The translations under genes and the position numbers were made by a program. A model generated the notes under the pieces. The model saw only the letters and a program-made list of their open reading frames with translations. It searched no databases and was not told the origin of the DNA. 64,000 nucleotides of DNA from a virus. Below, piece by piece: positions 18,814 to 28,035 of this stretch (its first letter is position 1; each line of letters begins with the position of its first letter). Location of the stretch: positions 4,422 to 68,421 of the IMG/VR virus record IMGVR_UViG_3300036851_000272; one strand, 5' to 3'.

Positions 18814-21084
18814 TTACCCAAGCGGATTTTGTCCCCTCGATGCGGCGTAAGCGCCATCCTGGAGAATCTGTGCGGGAGGAGGCGGAGCTGGTAGCGCTCC
18901 CATGCCGTTCGGTTTCGGCGGTCCCATCGGGCTATTCATGGGCGCTCCACCCATCGGCGGTGGACCGGCGCCTGCTCCAGCCATGGGCGGCTGCCCACCG
19001 GGCATTGGTGGAGCCTGTGGCACTCCTAGAATCTCTTCGCCGGTCACTTGAATTCCTACGCTGGCAAAAATCTTGGCCTGCACGGAAGGTGGATACATTT
19101 CCGCCCTCACGTTGATGCTGAGCGACGGCTTCGGCTGCTGCGGTGGCGGGGGTGGCTGAGGCTTCGCGGCCCATTCGTTCAACTGATCGCCGAACCCGTG
19201 GGATTTGACGAGTTCCTCCCCCACCTTGCGCTGATCGAACACGTCTGGCCGGCTCAGACCTACCTGGGCGAGCTGGATTGCCCGCTGGGACTTCATCTCG
19301 TCATCGGCCGCGAGCGTCGAGCCCACCTCCACCATGATTTCGTAGGTATCGGCCTGAAACATCATGGGCTCGACCTGCGCCCACTGCGTTTTGATCGGAT
19401 CTTCATCGCGGCTGTAATTCCGGTTGTAACGGCCAGGCTCGAACTCCGCCACATCCGTCATCTCGGAGCGGTTCAGCAGAAACATCATCTCGGCGTCCGG
19501 TTGAAGCGAGGTGAAGTTAAACATGTCAACCGCGCCCTTGGAAATGATGTCTCCGTTGAATGCCATGATCCGCGCGCCGGTAGCAGTTCTGCCCTGCTGC
19601 GGATCCACGTTCGCCGAAAGCGACATGTTGTTCTCGCCGGTTATCATCTGAAACATGCTCATGATGTGACCGAAGTTGTTAAGCCCGCTTGCGGCATGGG
19701 CGATCGCGGCCTGCTCCCCCTGGACCCATAGGTCATTCGGGCCGCTCATCTTGACCAGCCGGAATCCCGCGCCGCGCTTGATGATGTCCGGGTTTTCAAA
19801 GAATTCACGGGAAGTCGTGCCGATGAGCGGGCGCAGGATGTTGTACATCATCTGCCAGTACACGTTGACGTGCTTGTCGTGAAGCTGCTGGAGCCCGCGG
19901 AAGAAGCGCGGCAGAGACTCCCCGGGTCCGCCCAGGAGGTCATCGATGAGAATCAGTTCGGTGAAAGGAATCTTCCCTTCGAGATCGTAGGGAGCGTCGA
20001 TCTCGCCGAGCCAGATATCATTCTCGGCCAGGAGCCGATACTTTCCTTTTTCTCCGGGAACGTGCTCTTCGAGAATAGTCCATTCGTTGGTGTTCTCGAT
20101 GTTGTAGGAGCCGCCAAACTTCTGCCCGCTATAGGCCCGCTGGACCCATGCTCGAAAGTTCTGCCCGCTGCTCGCGCGGCTTCCCGTAACGCTCGCTGTA
20201 CTCCAGTTCGGCTCGCTTCCCTTTGGGCGCTGGCGGAATAATTCCTCCACGCCGGGAGCAAACTCGGGAAAGGTCTTTACCAGCTTTTCCAGCCATGGCT
20301 TGTCGCGCCGCCGCTCAACCTGGAAGTACTGCCCGGATTGGATACTGTCGGCATTTGGCTCCGGGTAGCAGTCCCCGACGAAGAGCACTTCGGCCCGTGG
20401 TCCCTCGTACTTCTTGTACATGCGGGCAACTTTCAGCAGATTACCTTTACCCTGCTCGGCCATGAGGCGCTGCAATATCTCAAGCTGACTTTGCCCGATA
20501 GGACTGGGAGGAAGCTGCTGTTGCATTGCCTGTTGCTGATCTTGTTGGCCAAGTTGCGCGAGGGTGGCGCCTCCCGTCCACTCCTTAATCGTGTCGCCAT
20601 AGGCAAGATCGATCAGCGGCAGGTTCGCCGGTGCCATCTTTTCGTCAAACGGATCAATGCGTTTCCGGCTGGGGTAATCTTCAACGTCCCAGTACCAGCC
20701 GCGGACTGACCAGCCGAACGTTGAGCCCTGGCGGCAATGCTTTTTTTGCCACCGCTGGATACCGCCTTTGTCCCAGTCGTACATCAGCTTGCGGCTGATA
20801 AGCTCGGCCAGTTGATCGTCCTTGGAGCGGTACCGGATGTTCGGCGGCTGCGCGGTGATGCGATCCACCGTGCGATTCACGTAGGACGTGGTGAGGGGCG
20901 TCCCGATACTGGTGAGCTCGAGGTCGTCCTTGCCTTTGTCGTCCTTCTCGGGATCGCGCTCGCAGCGGTAGGATTTGTAAACCTCCAGCCACTCGCCATA
21001 GTAGTTGGATTCCATCCAGCGAATCGAGGCGTCGTTGCGCTCTCGCATCTCGGAGGCGAGTTTTTGTTCAGCTGTCAGTGGCAT
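18814..21084 (-). CDS. Portal protein
   Basis: 756 aa; KIPF..L......GPGESL, RTATG..I, Y.I.VEVGS, Pro/Met/Gly-rich tail; between terminase and scaffold. Confidence 0.88.
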   Translation of the reverse strand: MPLTAEQKLASEMRERNDASIRWMESNYYGEWLEVYKSYRCERDPEKDDKGKDDLELTSIGTPLTTSYVNRTVDRITAQPPNIRYRSKDDQLAELISRKLMYDWDKGGIQRWQKKHCRQGSTFGWSVRGWYWDVEDYPSRKRIDPFDEKMAPANLPLIDLAYGDTIKEWTGGATLAQLGQQDQQQAMQQQLPPSPIGQSQLEILQRLMAEQGKGNLLKVARMYKKYEGPRAEVLFVGDCYPEPNADSIQSGQYFQVERRRDKPWLEKLVKTFPEFAPGVEELFRQRPKGSEPNWSTASVTGSRASSGQNFRAWVQRAYSGQKFGGSYNIENTNEWTILEEHVPGEKGKYRLLAENDIWLGEIDAPYDLEGKIPFTELILIDDLLGGPGESLPRFFRGLQQLHDKHVNVYWQMMYNILRPLIGTTSREFFENPDIIKRGAGFRLVKMSGPNDLWVQGEQAAIAHAASGLNNFGHIMSMFQMITGENNMSLSANVDPQQGRTATGARIMAFNGDIISKGAVDMFNFTSLQPDAEMMFLLNRSEMTDVAEFEPGRYNRNYSRDEDPIKTQWAQVEPMMFQADTYEIMVEVGSTLAADDEMKSQRAIQLAQVGLSRPDVFDQRKVGEELVKSHGFGDQLNEWAAKPQPPPPPQQPKPSLSINVRAEMYPPSVQAKIFASVGIQVTGEEILGVPQAPPMPGGQPPMAGAGAGPPPMGGAPMNSPMGPPKPNGMGALPAPPPPAQILQDGAYAASRGQNPLG

Positions 21085-21087
21085 TGG

Positions 21088-21131
21088 AAAAAGCGGGACC
21101 GCGCGGTTCGGAGGAGGAGGGGCGCGGTCCC
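21088..21131 (-). terminator. Intrinsic terminator/attenuator just upstream of portal
   Basis: 10-bp stem GGGACCGCGC/GCGCGGTCCC followed by GCTTTTT on minus strand. Confidence 0.55.
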
Positions 21132-21150
21132 CAGGGTGGAAGGAATGAGA

Positions 21151-21546
21151 TTAGGCCCAGGTTCCCTCGCGGCCGGTGAGTACCCACTTGGTATCGCTGA
21201 TTCCCGTCAGTTCAAGAAATGCAATATCGACATCGCCAGCGGTGGAATTGGCAAAGCTGGCTGCGCCATTGATCGTTGTTCCCGCCGATGCAGCCACTGT
21301 CAGTGTTGAGTTGTGCGCTTTGAAGATAAAGATTCGCATCCCCACCTTCGGAACGGGCAGCGTCAGCGTGATAGCCGCGCCGTTGGAAAATGCCTTGCCA
21401 TATTCAGCAGCCAAGATCGTGTAGGACGCGGCTTTGGAGGTGATTCCGGTCCCGCCGGCGCTGCTGATTGTGTTGAGGCCGAATTTTGCGGCGTTGTCCG
21501 CCCGGACAAACGTATCACCGCAGCCCATTGTTGGAACTGATTGCAT
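21151..21546 (-). CDS. Small virion fibre/decoration-like protein
   Basis: YTIL..EYG....AITLTLP...G...TLTV....TING module resembling the one in 61924-63402. Confidence 0.6.
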   Translation of the reverse strand: MQSVPTMGCGDTFVRADNAAKFGLNTISSAGGTGITSKAASYTILAAEYGKAFSNGAAITLTLPVPKVGMRIFIFKAHNSTLTVAASAGTTINGAASFANSTAGDVDIAFLELTGISDTKWVLTGREGTWA

Positions 21547-21567
21547 TGTTCTTTCTCCCTTTGAAAA

Positions 21568-22299
21568 TCAATATCTTGGAATCGGAAGGTTGTTAGCCCG
21601 CAAGTGGGCCAGATACGCTTCGACGGCGGGTCCGCCCGCGCGCAACGCCGCCCTGAATTGGCTTTCGGATGCCATCGGCGTACCCGGCTGGCTGAATGAT
21701 CCGCCGGATCGCGTGATAAATTGCCCCGGACTGCCTGGAAGCGCTACGTATCCCTCACCTGCCGGAGAGAATGGGCGTCCGTACGCATGCTGAAAATTCC
21801 CCGCGAAGTCGTTGGGATTGCCGGTATGTGTCTGCCCGGGGAACTGGTTCGGATCGTTCGCTCCCATCGCGGCGTACCGTGGGTCATATGGCGCTACAGC
21901 GGTGTTCGCTCCACCTGTAGGTCCAAAATCCTGGGCGTTCACCTGGGGTGCGTTCACGGATGGAGCGGTCGCGTAGGTTTGCGAATAGTAGTTCGGTGGA
22001 ACGGGAGTGGGCTGCGGCCAATTCGGAGATTGGCCGGCGGAGTCAGGAATCCCAGGCGATGCCGCGGCCTGGCTGTTGTCCGCATTGAATTGTGGTGGCC
22101 CCCCGGGTAATCCAAGGCTCTGAAATGGCTGATTAGTGCCGCTAAATTCAAAGCTCCCCGGTTGAGCCGATGGAGTATCCTGCTGGCTACCAGCGGTTCG
22201 CGGGCGAGGAGCGTTGGGGTTATTGCTGGAGATGCGTTGCGGCGCTTGCCATGGGCGGCCTGATCGCAGCGTCCCGTAGCCGTAAACTTCACTGGGCAT
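21568..22299 (-). CDS. Pro/Gln/Gly-rich low-complexity protein
   Basis: Start MPSEVYG 1 nt after terminase nuclease stop. Confidence 0.6.
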   Translation of the reverse strand: MPSEVYGYGTLRSGRPWQAPQRISSNNPNAPRPRTAGSQQDTPSAQPGSFEFSGTNQPFQSLGLPGGPPQFNADNSQAAASPGIPDSAGQSPNWPQPTPVPPNYYSQTYATAPSVNAPQVNAQDFGPTGGANTAVAPYDPRYAAMGANDPNQFPGQTHTGNPNDFAGNFQHAYGRPFSPAGEGYVALPGSPGQFITRSGGSFSQPGTPMASESQFRAALRAGGPAVEAYLAHLRANNLPIPRY

Positions 22300-22300
22300 T

Positions 22301-23287
22301 CTAGGCTGCACGTTGGTACTCCTCTGTGGCATGGCGTTCGTAGTAGACGAGGTTCGGACTAGTGGCGAGATAGCGGAGAAGGTCAAGCATGTGGCAGCGC
22401 GCCTCGACGCCTTCCTGTTTGAGTTCGCGCTCTTCGTTCATCCGCTTGGTGATTTTGTAGCGGTAGCTGAAAAATTCCAGGATCGTTTCAATACAGCGGT
22501 CGGAGATGTGCAGCCGCGTCCAGTTGCCCTTGAGATCGTGCTTGCGGGGGCGAAGCAGTTCCCTGACGGCGTCCTCACCCGCGCGGTGGCTTTTGTATGG
22601 GTCGCTGCATTCGATGCCATAGCGGTTGTAGCGCTCGGCGTAAGACTCCTCCACCTGGTTCTCGCCGGAGGCGCGGAACGCTTTGCCTGCCTGGTCCATG
22701 AACCGCTCCATGATTTTCTCGCCGTCCGGCTTGCGACGGTAGATCCCGTAGCCGTCTGAAGTTGTGTCGCCATGCCACTCGATCTGATTGCCTTCCATGT
22801 GGGCGATCATCTCGACGTACTGGCCGACAAAGAATTCATTTTCTTCATCCCGGTCGGTCAATTGCTTGCGCTTGCCGTAGATCTTCGATTCCCAATTCTC
22901 CCGGTAGATGTACAAATCATTCCACGCATCTACGCCTATCCACATAAAGGCATGTGGAGTGCGGGGGTGCGGATCGATTGCCATGTAGCGGCACATACGC
23001 TTGGGGATCCGGTCGTGGCCGATGACGTGAACTTTGGGATCGAACGTTGGATAGACGCGCTGGCCGCTGAGTGCGTCGTAGTCAATCTCCATCTCGCGGC
23101 GAAAGAGAGCTTGGTTCGTATAACGTTTGCGTTCCAGTTCCAGCCGCTCTTCCGTCATCGTGGGATCGGCGGTGTAGTGCAGCCACACGACAGCGGCGCC
23201 GGTTTCGGGCGCGCGGCGGAGCATAACGCCGGGGCACGGGGTGGCAACGTCAAAATTGACGGGATCAAGGTAGCTGACAAGGCTCAT
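22301..23287 (-). CDS. terL: Terminase large subunit, C-terminal nuclease half
   Basis: LHYTADP, FRREMEIDY, G.RVYP.F....H, YMAIDPH (RNase H Asp), LYIYRE, L.I.D.C..TI.EF..Y, H.LD.LRY. Confidence 0.88.
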   Translation of the reverse strand: MSLVSYLDPVNFDVATPCPGVMLRRAPETGAAVVWLHYTADPTMTEERLELERKRYTNQALFRREMEIDYDALSGQRVYPTFDPKVHVIGHDRIPKRMCRYMAIDPHPRTPHAFMWIGVDAWNDLYIYRENWESKIYGKRKQLTDRDEENEFFVGQYVEMIAHMEGNQIEWHGDTTSDGYGIYRRKPDGEKIMERFMDQAGKAFRASGENQVEESYAERYNRYGIECSDPYKSHRAGEDAVRELLRPRKHDLKGNWTRLHISDRCIETILEFFSYRYKITKRMNEERELKQEGVEARCHMLDLLRYLATSPNLVYYERHATEEYQRAA

Positions 23288-23994
23288 TGAATCGCCAGCC
23301 TCATCTCTTGAAGCTCTTGGGACATGACAGCCGGGAATCCGCGCTCCCTGCGAAACGCCAGCAGGGCCTCACCGTATTCATAGCGCTCCGGCGCGTTCTG
23401 CCGCTGGTACACTTCATCCACTTCGGCGGCGCTGCCGGGGGTCGTCGGATGCTCGTGGCGGAACATGATGTGTGGTGCGTTTACCACCACGCCGTCGGCT
23501 TCCGCGTGCTCAGTGAATTCGGCGTCGGAGTACATGCTCACATAGGAAGGGTGGAAGAGGTAGCCGATCTGCTCGTACCGGACGCGGTTCAGGATCTGGA
23601 TGGTCAACAGGCCGCTGTGATCGGCGCTGCCGCCTGTCGAGACGCGCACCACGCAAGGCTTGTCGCCCCAGAGTTCCGGAATCTTGCGCAACGCCCAGTC
23701 CCACTCGTGGCAGGGGTAGATATCGTCGCTGATGACTACCAGCACGTGGCCAACGGCGCCCAGGGCAGCAACGTTGGTGGCATCGACCGAACATTTTGCC
23801 CAGTAATTCCACACAATTCGCGAGATCCCGTATTCGCTACGGTTTGGCACACATGTGCCATAGTCGAGAGCAACCACATGCTCGATGCTCAGCGTCCCCG
23901 ACGCCGCTTCCAGCCATTTGTCACGCGTCTTTGGCCACACCTCGGGCCGAGCCGACGGGTGGCAGAGCGAAAAGTCCGGGCGGGCAAGCTTCAT
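23284..23994 (-). CDS. GT-A fold glycosyltransferase
   Basis: HPSARP, V.A.N, LVVISDD..P...WD, GYLFHPSY.SMY.D.EFT, F.HEHP. Confidence 0.8.
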   Translation of the reverse strand: MKLARPDFSLCHPSARPEVWPKTRDKWLEAASGTLSIEHVVALDYGTCVPNRSEYGISRIVWNYWAKCSVDATNVAALGAVGHVLVVISDDIYPCHEWDWALRKIPELWGDKPCVVRVSTGGSADHSGLLTIQILNRVRYEQIGYLFHPSYVSMYSDAEFTEHAEADGVVVNAPHIMFRHEHPTTPGSAAEVDEVYQRQNAPERYEYGEALLAFRRERGFPAVMSQELQEMRLAIQ

Positions 23995-24422
23995 GTGTGA
24001 TTAAGCAATCCTGCGCCCCAAAGTTTTGTGCAGGCCGGACAGAGCGCTGTCACAGGGAACAGGCATTGGTAGTCCTGCATGTTGATCAGCTTCCCGGTTA
24101 CTATTCCGTCAGGGGTAACGCTTAGGGCGCTCGTGCGCATATGCTCTTTAACGTCCGGTTCAGCGAACTTCTCGACCTGCGTCATCCAGACGCCGAACGG
24201 TGTAGTGATCTGGAGGTCATTCTCAACAAGATCAATCTGGAAAGGGGTTTCAGAACTACGCCGCCACTCAAAAAGAGCGGTTATCAGCGGAGGACTGCAT
24301 TTCAGAATCTGTCGCGGCACCTCATCGAAGGAAACTATCTGGGCAAACCAGCCCATCATCTTTGGTGTCAAGATGCCGCCTGCATTCATAATCATCGGGT
24401 TGGCGATTTGCTCTGCCGTCAT
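23991..24422 (-). CDS. Hypothetical protein
   Basis: AAGGA RBS; ATGA coupling to glycosyltransferase. Confidence 0.6.
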   Translation of the reverse strand: MTAEQIANPMIMNAGGILTPKMMGWFAQIVSFDEVPRQILKCSPPLITALFEWRRSSETPFQIDLVENDLQITTPFGVWMTQVEKFAEPDVKEHMRTSALSVTPDGIVTGKLINMQDYQCLFPVTALCPACTKLWGAGLLNHT

Positions 24423-24484
24423 CTCTTATTTGTTTCCTTCAAGATAGGCTCGATTGGCGCAAGTTTTCCCCGGGGTGAACGGCT

Positions 24485-24670
24485 TCATGGTGTTATTGCG
24501 CGATCGCGCACAATCAAACATTCTTCGATGGAGGAGCGCTCATCCACGGGTATCGAGGCTGCCGACACTAAATCCTCACAGCCGGATTGATCTTCGGCGA
24601 CATATCGGCGTTCGAAACCAACAGCGCGCTTAACAGCCTTGCCGCTTGGACAGTACAGTGTTGGATTCAC
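24485..24670 (-). CDS. Small hypothetical protein
   Basis: GTGA overlap with terminase ATPase stop. Confidence 0.35.
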   Translation of the reverse strand: MNPTLYCPSGKAVKRAVGFERRYVAEDQSGCEDLVSAASIPVDERSSIEECLIVRDRAITP

Positions 24671-25407
24671 GCCGCTCTCTCCTTTGCCACAGGCCAATCA
24701 CACGGCAGCGCGCTTTCCGTCGCCGTACGAAACCAGCCGGGGTACGCCGAACTCAGCGCCACGAGGTGCAGCGGCTTGGCGGCCAGCATAGTGTTGAAAA
24801 TCTCCTCGCCGGCATCCATAAACGCCGCTTCGTCCATCACGAACGCCGTGGGGTGGAGCGACCGCGATTTATTCGGCTCGCCGGACAGGCCGACGCACCG
24901 GGACCCGTTCTCCATCTCGAAGTTGTCGTAAGCCTGCTCGAATGGAGGGACGCCGCGGCGGGTAGGCCAGCGGGCCTTCAACGCCGGGAGCGACTGATCG
25001 TACAGAGTTTTCACGTACTTGACATCGGTAAGCGCTTTATCCCGGTCCTGCGATTGAAAGACGAGCAATGTGGCGGGCCGGGTGAACATCATGTGAGCGA
25101 ATATTGCCGAGACCAGCCAGGAGGCCATCATGGTACGGGACTTCTCTATAAAGAGGATGGGCTCAGCCATGATCAGGTCCATGATCGGCTGGAAATAGGG
25201 ACGGTTCGGGAACGGCTTGTACGGGCTTACTCCCGGTGTTTTTTCCTGCTCGTCTACCGTTTTTGTGCAATTCATCAGCCAGAACAGCGGATCTTTGACC
25301 GCTCTCCGCGCATCCTTCTCCTCCAGCAACATCAATAACTCGGCGTCCTGCTGGGATTTGAAGGCCGCGTTGCTGGGCGTGCTCGATGATCTTGCGGTCG
25401 ATCTCAT
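24667..25407 (-). CDS. terL: Terminase large subunit, N-terminal ATPase half
   Basis: KPFP..PY, IEKSRTMMASW (Walker A variant), FVMDEAAF (Walker B), LSSAYPG coupling motif. Confidence 0.85.
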   Translation of the reverse strand: MRSTARSSSTPSNAAFKSQQDAELLMLLEEKDARRAVKDPLFWLMNCTKTVDEQEKTPGVSPYKPFPNRPYFQPIMDLIMAEPILFIEKSRTMMASWLVSAIFAHMMFTRPATLLVFQSQDRDKALTDVKYVKTLYDQSLPALKARWPTRRGVPPFEQAYDNFEMENGSRCVGLSGEPNKSRSLHPTAFVMDEAAFMDAGEEIFNTMLAAKPLHLVALSSAYPGWFRTATESALPCDWPVAKERAA

Positions 25408-25885
25408 CTTCGGAGAGTGTCGTGATTTGCACGCGGTGGTCGATATTCACTTCCACCTGGTCCGGCGCCGCCATGCCGTGCCATTCTGATGCCAGCTTTG
25501 CGAATTGCGCAATGGCCTTCCAGTCGTATTTTTTGTGAACGACCGGATTTCCGGCCTTGTCGAACAGATGGCCTTTTTTGCCCTTCAGGACTTCTTCGTC
25601 CTGTGCATCCAGCCCTTCGTTGACGCGCTGGATCACGCGAGCCATAGTCAGCCCAAGCATGTTGGCTTGCTTCTGAGCCTGCGTCTCGTACGCATCCCGT
25701 AGTGCTTGTTTGAAGTTGGTGGCTTCGGTTGCTACCCACTCGCAAACATGCTTGGGACTGAGTTCGTATTTCTTGCAAGTCTTGTTTACCCATCGATCCC
25801 ACGCCGCCCCCTGGCCTGGCCGGTCGTCGTAGTGATCTTGAAGAACAAGCGCTCGAACACGTTCCGTGGCGTCCTGAGACATCAC
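25163..25885 (-). CDS. terS: Terminase small subunit (putative)
   Basis: Helical, EGLDA...D.KA.....LA...GM.APD.V.V...LSEDEID; overlaps the start of the ATPase gene. Confidence 0.65.
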   Translation of the reverse strand: MMSQDATERVRALVLQDHYDDRPGQGAAWDRWVNKTCKKYELSPKHVCEWVATEATNFKQALRDAYETQAQKQANMLGLTMARVIQRVNEGLDAQDEEVLKGKKGHLFDKAGNPVVHKKYDWKAIAQFAKLASEWHGMAAPDQVEVNIDHRVQITTLSEDEIDRKIIEHAQQRGLQIPAGRRVIDVAGGEGCAESGQRSAVLADELHKNGRRAGKNTGSKPVQAVPEPSLFPADHGPDHG

Positions 25886-26178
25886 CCGAACCAGGGGTTA
25901 CCTTTGACATTTTCCTTGGGGCGATAGTTGGCTTCGAGTGTCCAGCAGCCCTTGTCGGAATCCAGCCCAACTATCTTTTCACCTTCAGGCCCGACATAGT
26001 ACCCACACCACTTGCACATCCATCGGCGCACCTTGCGCTTATCGTCGCCGTCCAGCCAGCCACCATGGGGCTTCCAAGTGCCGACGGCAGCACACTTGGG
26101 ACACCGCAGCCGGTCCCGCATACCGATCAACCGGATGAAGTCGAAGAAGCAATGCTTTAGTGTCAACGAGAACGTCAT
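25882..26178 (-). CDS. Zn-ribbon protein
   Basis: CPKC and CKWC pairs. Confidence 0.6.
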   Translation of the reverse strand: MTFSLTLKHCFFDFIRLIGMRDRLRCPKCAAVGTWKPHGGWLDGDDKRKVRRWMCKWCGYYVGPEGEKIVGLDSDKGCWTLEANYRPKENVKGNPWFG

Positions 26179-26181
26179 GCT

Positions 26182-26529
26182 TTATCCGAACATCCGCTCA
26201 TCGGAGGGACCGGCCGCCATGCGCTCGGGATTCATCGCCTTCGGCGCATCCTCGCGGTCGAAGTCATCACAGACGTCGGAAATCGTGACAGGGTAGCCGC
26301 CGTGGAGACCGCACTTGCGCGCGGCGTAGTGCTCGCAGGAGCCGCAACTCTCGGTGGAGCTTCGCGCAGAGCGCAGGTTTGGAGGCTTGTCGCCCTCAGG
26401 CGCTGCTGTCTTCTCTTCCGCCAGTTCGGCGTCTTCCATGCGTCGGCGCAGAGTCTTGTGATTGGGACCGGCGATGTAGCCGCCGTTCTTCTTGCTGCGC
26501 TCGTAGACGGTGGTGACTTGCTGTCTCAT
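26182..26529 (-). CDS. Small Cys-containing protein
   Basis: CGSCEHY..KC.......V....VCDDF; ATGA coupling. Confidence 0.55.
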   Translation of the reverse strand: MRQQVTTVYERSKKNGGYIAGPNHKTLRRRMEDAELAEEKTAAPEGDKPPNLRSARSSTESCGSCEHYAARKCGLHGGYPVTISDVCDDFDREDAPKAMNPERMAAGPSDERMFG

Positions 26530-26939
26530 TGTTCGACTCCGCCCAAAGCTTCGTTTCCGATGTAACGCAAGGCAGCTCCCACAGACAGGTGCGGCCAAGC
26601 GTTATCCCCAATGCGCCGCAGCTTGACGTAATCTCCGTAAGTTTCCACCGCACGGAGCAGATCGGGAGGCCGCATGTCCATGATGGGACGCGGGACTATA
26701 AACACGTCGCCTATTTTCATGAGCGATGGATCGCTGAGTGCGTAAGTGTCTCCCGACATAACGCTTTTTACTTCTGCCCAGCGAGAAATGTAATCCTCTT
26801 CGTGCCACTCAATCAGGGGCGATTTCTCGCTTCGCTTTGGACCTGCCGGCAAAATCTGCGCGGCAGAGAGAACCTTTGCCTTAACGGCAATTCCAGCTCC
26901 GCAAAGCGCGGCAAACCAAGATCGGCGCGATAATTTCAT
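26526..26939 (-). CDS. Tat-signal protein paralogous to major capsid residues ~54-155
   Basis: MKLSRRSWFAALCGAGIA signal; IEWHEEDYISRW/GDVFIVP/ALRYIG match capsid IEWLEQDYIARW/GDVFMVP/ALRLIG; AGGAGG RBS. Confidence 0.8.
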   Translation of the reverse strand: MKLSRRSWFAALCGAGIAVKAKVLSAAQILPAGPKRSEKSPLIEWHEEDYISRWAEVKSVMSGDTYALSDPSLMKIGDVFIVPRPIMDMRPPDLLRAVETYGDYVKLRRIGDNAWPHLSVGAALRYIGNEALGGVEQ

Positions 26940-27490
26940 GCAACCTCCTGTTTCACGGCACAGCGCCGAAGGACGGTGAGGCCGTTGTTATTTTCGTAGT
27001 GGTGCTCAAGCTCCCAGCCGTTGCCAATCAGCTCCTCGATGGGCTTCCAGATGCCCTCGCCGCCGTCGTCCCCCACCTTGCCATTGGTCACAGTGTCGTG
27101 GAAAATAACATGGCCGGTACAGCGGTGCAGATGCGCGGCAAGCTCGGCGCGGACGTGTTTCTCGTTGTGGAGCGTATCGACAAATAGAATGTCAAACCCC
27201 ATTGAGCCAGGCGCGGAATAACAAGAATCCTGCCTGGAAGCTATCCAGTGATCGCTTTCGATCTTTTTCAGTCCCTCGTTCAGATGGCTCCAATCGATGT
27301 CCACCGATATCAGCAGTGCAGGCTTAGCGGCCAGAAACGCTGAAGTGCTCTTTCCCTCGCGAACGCCAAGTTCCAAGATCCGGCAGTTTTTGTAAGACTC
27401 CGCGATCCGTCGCAACGTCGGCAGGTGCTCGTGGATATCGCAATAGCCAGGCGGATTGCAGAACTGCTCATAGATCTGCTCGATAGTCAT
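26936..27490 (-). CDS. Class I SAM methyltransferase (Methyltransf_24-like)
   Basis: DIHEHLPTL, ILELGVREGKST, SVDID, DILFVDT.H, VIFHDT, NNNGLTVL. Confidence 0.85.
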   Translation of the reverse strand: MTIEQIYEQFCNPPGYCDIHEHLPTLRRIAESYKNCRILELGVREGKSTSAFLAAKPALLISVDIDWSHLNEGLKKIESDHWIASRQDSCYSAPGSMGFDILFVDTLHNEKHVRAELAAHLHRCTGHVIFHDTVTNGKVGDDGGEGIWKPIEELIGNGWELEHHYENNNGLTVLRRCAVKQEVA

Positions 27491-27615
27491 GGATGCTACG
27501 GCTGTCAATTGGACCCCTCCGCGCCACCGAAGACTGTGGCCATGCAGATTGCCTTCAGAATCGCGAATCACCGGCATACCCGAAGCCATAAGATGAACCG
27601 CTAAAGATTCTGAAA

Positions 27616-27948
27616 TCACTCCGACCCCTCTATCCCGCCAAGCGCGTAGCACACATGTCCCGATGGCAGCATTTGCTCCTTGCACTGCCCGTAGTCCTGC
27701 GGCAGCAGTGGCACCGAGTGCGCCGAGAGCCCCCGCAGGTACGCGCGCCGGATGCGTTTCGCCCGCCGCGTCTCCACCAAATCGAAGTGTTGCGCATTCG
27801 CGCGCACCACCTCGTGATCGGCGAATCCGTAAAGCTTTGGCTCAGAGTTTGAGTCGGCCGTTTTAGGCCAGTAGATGGGAACTTGTTGATTTTCCAAGGA
27901 GGGATGCGGGGATAAGGTAAGTCGCCCCGGCGACTGCGGGATGTTCAA
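27616..27948 (-). CDS. Hypothetical protein, first gene of late transcript
   Basis: 110 aa just downstream of leftward promoter. Confidence 0.5.
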   Translation of the reverse strand: MNIPQSPGRLTLSPHPSLENQQVPIYWPKTADSNSEPKLYGFADHEVVRANAQHFDLVETRRAKRIRRAYLRGLSAHSVPLLPQDYGQCKEQMLPSGHVCYALGGIEGSE

Positions 27949-27952
27949 CTCT

Positions 27953-28029
27953 GTTGTACTTCAAGGGAAGGAAGTAAGTCAACAGCAAAATTTTGCTGAA
28001 CACTGTTCACAAACTAAACATGATAAGCT
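27953..28029. promoter_or_regulatory. Divergent promoters with palindromic operators
   Basis: Minus: TTGACT-N18-TACAAC (27982-27953); plus: TGATAAGCT (28021-28029); palindromes CAGCAAAATTTTGCTG (27983-27998) and TGAACAcTGTTCA (27997-28009). Confidence 0.55.
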
Positions 28030-28035
28030 GTACTT

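Noticed and set aside
23288-24666. Intron or intein interrupting terminase
   Set aside because: Filled with coupled ORFs; no intron structure, RT, homing nuclease or intein termini seen
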